Assembly: GCA_965263315.1 (NCBI GenBank) | Contig: CBDHGZ010000004.1 | Span: forward strand, 489,251-553,250 | Direction of reading: 5' to 3' | From: Lacipirellulaceae bacterium | GTDB taxonomy: Bacteria > Planctomycetota > Planctomycetia > Pirellulales > Lacipirellulaceae | Length of the DNA: 64,000 nucleotides | Part shown: positions 62,457 to 64,000 of the stretch, piece after piece | Layout of the letters: every line of letters starts with the position of its first letter | How positions within the stretch are numbered: the stretch's first letter is position 1 | Notes under the pieces: model-generated | Databases searched by the model: none | Told to the model about the DNA's origin: nothing | Seen by the model: the letters and a program-made list of their open reading frames with translations, nothing else | Program-made: the position numbers and the translations under genes

Positions 62457-64000
62457 ATGATGCGTCGCGCACCGATTCTCTATTCCCTTGCTGGTCTGAT
62501 GCTTTGCTCAGGCTGTGCTTCGTCTTTGTTCCAGCAGGAACTCGACGCGCGTGCTCTTGAGGATGTCACCCGCGACGATGCGAACCTAATCTCCAAGTAC
62601 ACGCATCCGTTCGGCATGGACTACGTCCAAGTCGAAGCGGTTGCCCTGGTCACAGGTCTTGATGGAACGGGTGGCGACCCGCCGCCCACTCAGCATCGGG
62701 CGGCACTTCTAGACGATATGAAGCGTCATAACGTGCCCAGTCCCAATCGTATGCTGGCCTCGGACAGCACGGCCCTCGTCTTGGTAAAGGGCTATCTGCG
62801 GCCTGGTATGCAGAAGGGGGACAAGTTTGATGTCGAAATCCGCACGCCTTCGCGTAGCGAAGCAACGAGTTTGCGCGGCGGATGGGTGCTTCCCGTACGT
62901 TTGACAGAACACGCCGTTCTGGGACAACAGGTTCGGCAGGGGCACACACTGGCCCACGCTGAGGGCGATGTGCTCGTTGATCCATCCTCGGATGACGCTG
63001 AGGCTCTCGCCACACGTGGTCGGATCTTAGGAGGTGGCGTGGCGACGAAGAACCGCCCCATGGGACTGGTCATTAGTCACGACAAGGCCTCCTACAATCT
63101 GGCCAAGAGTATCGGTAAGGCTATTAACGAGAGGTTCCACGCTTACCGCAGCGGTCGCAAGCAAGGGGTTGCCAATCCAAAGACTCCCGAGTTTATCGAC
63201 CTAGTTCTGCACGACCGCTACACAGAGAATCTCACTCGTTACATTAAGGTCATACGCAACATCGCCGTTGCTGAATCGAGCAGCGAACGGCAACAGCGAC
63301 TCGCGCGGCTGTCGACCCAACTGCTAGATCCCGTCACAACGGCCAATGCCGCTATTCGCCTTGAAGCCATCGGTGATGAACAGGCGATCGAGATTCTGAA
63401 ACTGGGCGCGGAGCACAACGACCCCGAAGTGAGCTTCTACGCTGCCGAGGCGCTTGCCTATCTAGACGATACCGCTGCGGTCCCTCCGCTCGCGCGAGCA
63501 GCCCGCGAAGAACCAGCTTTTCGCGTCAATGCCCTCGCCGCGTTGAGCGCCATGGATGACATCGTGGCCTACGATGCGCTCCAAGAGTTGCTAGCCGTCA
63601 AGAGCGCCGAGACGCGATACGGCGCCTTTCGTGCCTTGTGGTCAATGGATGCGGGCGATCCGATGATTCGCGGCGAGCAACTCAGCGGACAGTTTAGCTA
63701 TCACCGGCTGGATATCGATTGCCAGCCCATGGTCCACGTGACGCGAAGCTACCGCCCCGAGATCGTTCTCTTCGGCGCGAACCAAGAATTCCAGCTGCCG
63801 ATGGTCCTCGATGCAGGCAAGCACATTTTGGTAAACGGCTTGAGTGGCGACCGCGTGACCGTCAGCCGCTTTACGCCGAATGAACCAACGCAGAAGAGAA
63901 ATGTTTCGACGTCGGTCGACGAGGTGATTCGCGCCGTTGTTGAGTTAGGCGGCAACTACGCCGACGTGGTCCAGGCCCTCCAGCAGGCTAAGGAAGACGG
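62457..64000 (+). CDS. FlgI-like (flagellar P-ring family) lipoprotein with an inserted HEAT-repeat region; 3' end beyond the window
   Basis: Lipoprotein signal (LAGLMLCSGCAS), FlgI-like motifs (ALVTGLDGTGGD, SLRGGWVLPV, C-terminal VDEVIRAVVELGGNYADVVQALQQAK), and an internal block of PBS-lyase/HEAT-like repeats (DPEVSFYAAEALAYL ... RVNALAALSAM ... RYGAFRALWSM). No stop before the window end. Confidence 0.55.
   Translation, partial: MMRRAPILYSLAGLMLCSGCASSLFQQELDARALEDVTRDDANLISKYTHPFGMDYVQVEAVALVTGLDGTGGDPPPTQHRAALLDDMKRHNVPSPNRMLASDSTALVLVKGYLRPGMQKGDKFDVEIRTPSRSEATSLRGGWVLPVRLTEHAVLGQQVRQGHTLAHAEGDVLVDPSSDDAEALATRGRILGGGVATKNRPMGLVISHDKASYNLAKSIGKAINERFHAYRSGRKQGVANPKTPEFIDLVLHDRYTENLTRYIKVIRNIAVAESSSERQQRLARLSTQLLDPVTTANAAIRLEAIGDEQAIEILKLGAEHNDPEVSFYAAEALAYLDDTAAVPPLARAAREEPAFRVNALAALSAMDDIVAYDALQELLAVKSAETRYGAFRALWSMDAGDPMIRGEQLSGQFSYHRLDIDCQPMVHVTRSYRPEIVLFGANQEFQLPMVLDAGKHILVNGLSGDRVTVSRFTPNEPTQKRNVSTSVDEVIRAVVELGGNYADVVQALQQAKED

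Overview
High-GC (about 60%) bacterial chromosomal segment dominated by housekeeping and central-metabolism genes. The gene content points to a Planctomycetota (Pirellulales-like) genome: Na+-NQR, a strongly acidic FtsK, MORN/YwqK repeats, a secreted GH16 and a TIGR02453/DUF2461 protein. This attribution is an inference, not a database result.

Layout, in order along the window:
- 1-5.8 kb: five co-directional envelope-glycan genes (WecB/TagA, GT2 polyprenyl-phosphate sugar synthase, FAD oxidoreductase, polysaccharide deacetylase, large GT-C membrane protein) resembling an Arn- or DPA-like lipid-linked sugar modification pathway.
- 5.9-13.4 kb (minus strand): complete nqrABCDEF-apbE-nqrM operon, with a consensus CRP-type palindrome and a tandem triple repeat in its upstream region.
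- 14-17.5 kb: sucC (with an apparent 1-nt frameshift), sucD and a type II NADH dehydrogenase.
- 17.7-18.1 kb: convergent tRNA-Val(TAC) and tRNA-Arg(CCG).
- 18-33 kb: assorted genes including GH16, a CPBP protease, ppdK, lpxA, rsmG, truB, an FtsK with extremely acidic linker and C-terminal tail, a Cys-rich secreted protein and a flotillin.
- 33 kb: an 18-codon Ile/Val-rich upstream ORF followed by a terminator, suggesting a leader-peptide attenuator ahead of citramalate synthase (cimA).
- 34.9-41.3 kb: valS, then a USP/BON/globin-coupled-sensor sigma54-activator stress cluster.
- 42-47 kb: a threonine-pathway cluster of a four-ACT aspartate kinase, an ApgM-like proposed homoserine kinase and hom.
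- 47-64 kb: leuS, glgC, a MORN protein, ftsH, ppk1, a lipase, a CbpA-like chaperone, rnpA, yidD, and a partial FlgI-like protein carrying a HEAT-repeat insertion.

Most unusual observation: a roughly 85-95 nt sequence family present in three copies (5.8 kb, 41.5 kb, 55.3 kb; two on the plus strand, one on the minus strand) with a 27-nt block identical in two copies. It is not explained by any annotated gene and looks like an sRNA or regulatory repeat family.
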